A stretch of 64,000 nt of DNA from Orbicella franksi (lineage: Eukaryota), in assembly GCA_964199315.1 (NCBI GenBank), contig OZ116701.1:29760001-29824000 (forward strand), in the 5' to 3' direction. The notes below the pieces were generated by a model. The model was not told the origin of the DNA, did not search any database, and worked only from the letters and a program-made list of their open reading frames with translations. The position numbers were made by a program, and so were the translations under genes. Shown piece by piece: positions 61,501 to 64,000 of this stretch (its first letter is position 1; every line of letters begins with the position of its first letter).

Positions 61501-63541
61501 AAACATTTGGTATTGTCTGCAATAAATCGGAAGAGAAAATCAATAAGTTGGTAAGGCAATGCCGAGTAAAAGAACAAATCAGACGAACCAACTACTGCAT
61601 GATCGACTTGTCGCTACTGACCTTAAAATCAACCGAATGACCGAACGACGACTGATTGAACTGTCCAACAATCGAATTCAGTGAGTGAACGAACAAACGA
61701 ATAAAGACGGTTTTTTTTAATCTCAAAGCGTCTCCTAAGTCCTGTTTTATATTTGTCACCACTCTTATATTTTCAGGACATACCATTTCAAGATGTTTAA
61801 GATAACCAATATTTATGTTCGGGACCTTTCGAACATTTGTTTACTCCGCGCTGACTACAGCAGGGGAAAATGGAGTGAGGCTGGTGGTGGTTATGTGGTT
61901 GGCATATTAAAGGACTTCTAATGTTAAGGTACTTTAGGATTTTTGACTCATATTTGGAATGGAATATGGCCGTTGTTTAGCTGCCACTAAATAAGTCTCT
62001 TTCACTGCTGGCCAATAATAGCGAGGCGAGTAAGGCATTAACAAACCACAAGCGAGGAACTGGATTTTAGGAGAAAGTTTGCATACATGGACCTATACGC
62101 ACAAATCTATGTGACTTTTCCCGTGACAGGCATCACGAAACAATGTTTACAATAAAAGCAGCTTTGATGACTAACCTTCTGCTTATCTCGGCTGTCCGCT
62201 CGTCGAGTGAAGATGACGCCGATCGTGTAGAGCAAAAGCACGGAACACACTGTTGCTAGGACAACAAAGTTCTTGGTTTCTCCGAGGTCACCAAACTTAC
62301 CAAAGACCGTTTTGAATTCAATTTTGTTCGGCTCCACAAAGAAATCGCCACCAAAAGCGGACAGATGATTGCACAGGCACAGAATGCTGCCCGAAACTGT
62401 TTCAGGCATGACCTAGAAAGAGGACGAAAGAACACCCCCACAGTCATCACTAGCTCTTTCTACCAAAGAATAATTGAAATTATTTTTCTTGGTAAAAGAC
62501 GTTAAAACTATCACTTTACATTCAGGCAAAAAAATGCGTTCAAGGACCAGACAAGCCTCTATATTCCACCAAGAATCCTCAGTAGAAAGAATGAACTCAA
62601 AACAAGCGATTTGGATATAGCGACTTTATTGTCCTCAAAACCGCTTCTTTTAACTTTTGTGAATAAATTTATCGAGTGGCCGTTTTAAAGGAACCTTCCC
62701 TTCTTGAAAACCGATTTTTTGAAGTTATCATCTCCAACAGAAAACCGTTGTGCGAACTTAGGTACACATGACGCATTCTTGTAGATATAAACCAGAGTTG
62801 GTCTTACCTTGCAACCTTCGTCCGTCCACAGCTCTTTGACCTCAGACCAATAGAAACAACTTCCGATGTTTACAGACAGCGTGTAATTCAAATCAGTACT
62901 GACATTATACTCCGATCTGAGAACGATGGGAACGGGAGTGGGGGGAGGAGGAGGGTCTTTTACACCAATACAAGAACGTTTCTGCCTTCTGCTTCTACTA
63001 TCACAGTCAATGGATCTCCTTGGCCGCTCTTGGACGGAACCATTCATGGTTATCAGTTTCCCTTCATCTTGAAACATGACGTCGTAGGTAATATTCACGT
63101 AATAATGTATGCCAATGTAATGAATTCCAGTGTTCCCGGTATGAGAAGTGTTGAATGAGAACACATAGGGATCTTTGTTGCATTTCCGCTCCTCTTTCTT
63201 GCAAGGTAACACGATGGAAAAGTTGTGCTCCGTAGGCGTCGGGTAGTCAGAGGAACTCACATAGACACGCAGTGGTGTAGCGTGTTTCTCGGGATGCAGC
63301 TTCACAGACACCACATCGCCCTGGTCTGGTATGTTTATTTTATGATATTGTATGAGCTTAGACTCGTAAATGTCATAGCTCGGTTTAACAAAATATTGCA
63401 CTGTATTTTTCGTCACATCGGCCGGTGAACCATTGCCAGAATTCTGTGGAATGTACAGATGTACTGGCTTCCTCAAGTCGGAGACGTTTAAATTTCTTTT
63501 GTCTTCTGTTTGAAGAACTACATCAATAACCCATGATGTAA
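56876..63541 (-). CDS. PKD1L2: Gene D: polycystin-1-like receptor/channel (PKD1L2-like; orthology not established), 5'-partial, last 5 exons
   Basis: Minus-strand exons 63541-62808, 62412-62176, 61516-60239, 59363-59189, 58596-56876; GT-AG and phase-consistent; GPS CFYW..WTDEGC..LCLCNHL/S, PLAT, TOP, channel. Confidence 0.93.
59189..59363 (-). CDS. Gene D exon: TOP start
   Basis: RVNSTATFWNWTRQKLVPGLFLSEWYNG..GMPRLRQIRVQP; 175 nt, phase 0 to 1. Confidence 0.9.
59520..60200. repeat. Compound tetranucleotide microsatellite (GACT/GACC/GAAT/TAAT)
   Basis: Seen directly; fills most of the 875-nt intron. Confidence 0.95.
60239..61516 (-). CDS. Gene D exon: PLAT and TM2-TM6
   Basis: Acceptor attgcag|ACA; ORF 60152..61591; donor AAG|gtaggt. 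Confidence 0.92.
62176..62412 (-). CDS. Gene D exon: GPS (HL/S) and TM1
   Basis: VMPETVSGSILCLCNHLSAFGGDFFVEPNK; 237 nt. Confidence 0.92.
62808..63541 (-). CDS. Gene D exon: GAIN B with twin furin-like sites and first half of GPS
   Basis: Acceptor ttttctttttag|TT (phase 1); ORF 62685..63665; donor AAG|gtaaga. Confidence 0.88.
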
Positions 63542-63589
63542 CTAAAAAGAAAACAAGGAAAATGAAGTAAAACCTGTCATTATTGTTGT

Positions 63590-63632
63590 ATGAATGTATG
63601 TATGTTCGTTCGTTCGTTCGTTCGTTCGTTCG
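63590..63632. repeat. (GTAT)n(GTTC)n microsatellite
   Basis: Seen directly. Confidence 0.9.
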
Positions 63633-63721
63633 TTTTTCTGTTTGCTTGTTGGCTGTTTCATTCACGGTGCGTCAATGGTTTACTCAATATCATTTCTGGT
63701 TTGTTTTCTTCGCATTAGTAG

Positions 63722-63963
63722 CTAGGTAAAGTCTGCATCAGTGAGTCAAGTGGCCCATCACGTCGGTGCTCATCCCGTTTTCTGTAGCAAGAAGCGACTA
63801 GGAAAAAGTCTACTCCCCCTGGATGGGATGCTAGTCCATCGCAGCGATACCTCCGTACTAAATTCGGTGGTACGCATTTATACATCTGAGATGAGAGAGG
63901 CTCTGTGATAGTAAAATGTCGATCCGGAGACCAGTGCATTAACCATGATGCTACCGCGCTTCT
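63722..63963 (-). mobile_element. tRNA-derived SINE, same family as 45698-45965, with internal deletion of the B-box region
   Basis: Reverse strand: gcgcggtagcatcatggttaatgcac..cggatcga/cattttactatcacagagcctctctc..atggactagcatccc..gcagactttacct. Confidence 0.78.
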
Positions 63964-64000
63964 ACTTTCCCCTTAATAAGGACCAATTGTTTTTTTGTTC

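Overview
AT-rich, intron-containing animal DNA, most likely a scleractinian coral (inferred from gene type and repeat families). The window is a tandem cluster of four polycystin-1-like (PKD1L/REJ-family) receptor-channel genes arranged A(+) B(+) C(+) D(-), with C and D tail-to-tail. A and D are cut by the window edges. I rebuilt B (17 exons, 2301 aa) and C (16 exons) by hand with phase-consistent GT-AG junctions. Their architecture is signal peptide, F5/8C discoidin, SEA-like, REJ, GAIN/GPS, TM, PLAT, TMs, TOP, then the polycystin channel. Comparing the paralogs gives the main results. (1) Gene C has an in-frame TAA at 52338-52340, just before the last intron, that also forms a competing out-of-frame donor; either splice choice removes the channel although the 1.86 kb channel exon is still open. 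(2) Gene C has also lost both cysteines of one GPS disulfide, about 197 codons of REJ plus an intron, and a twin-furin-site Cys-peptide cassette that A, B and D keep. (3) All four proteins end in Val. (4) Pore-filter residues differ between paralogs. Introns and spacers hold many MITEs (some TTAA/Kolobok-type carrying X-box-like motifs), tRNA-derived SINEs and microsatellites. No CRISPR, rRNA or intact tRNA gene was seen.
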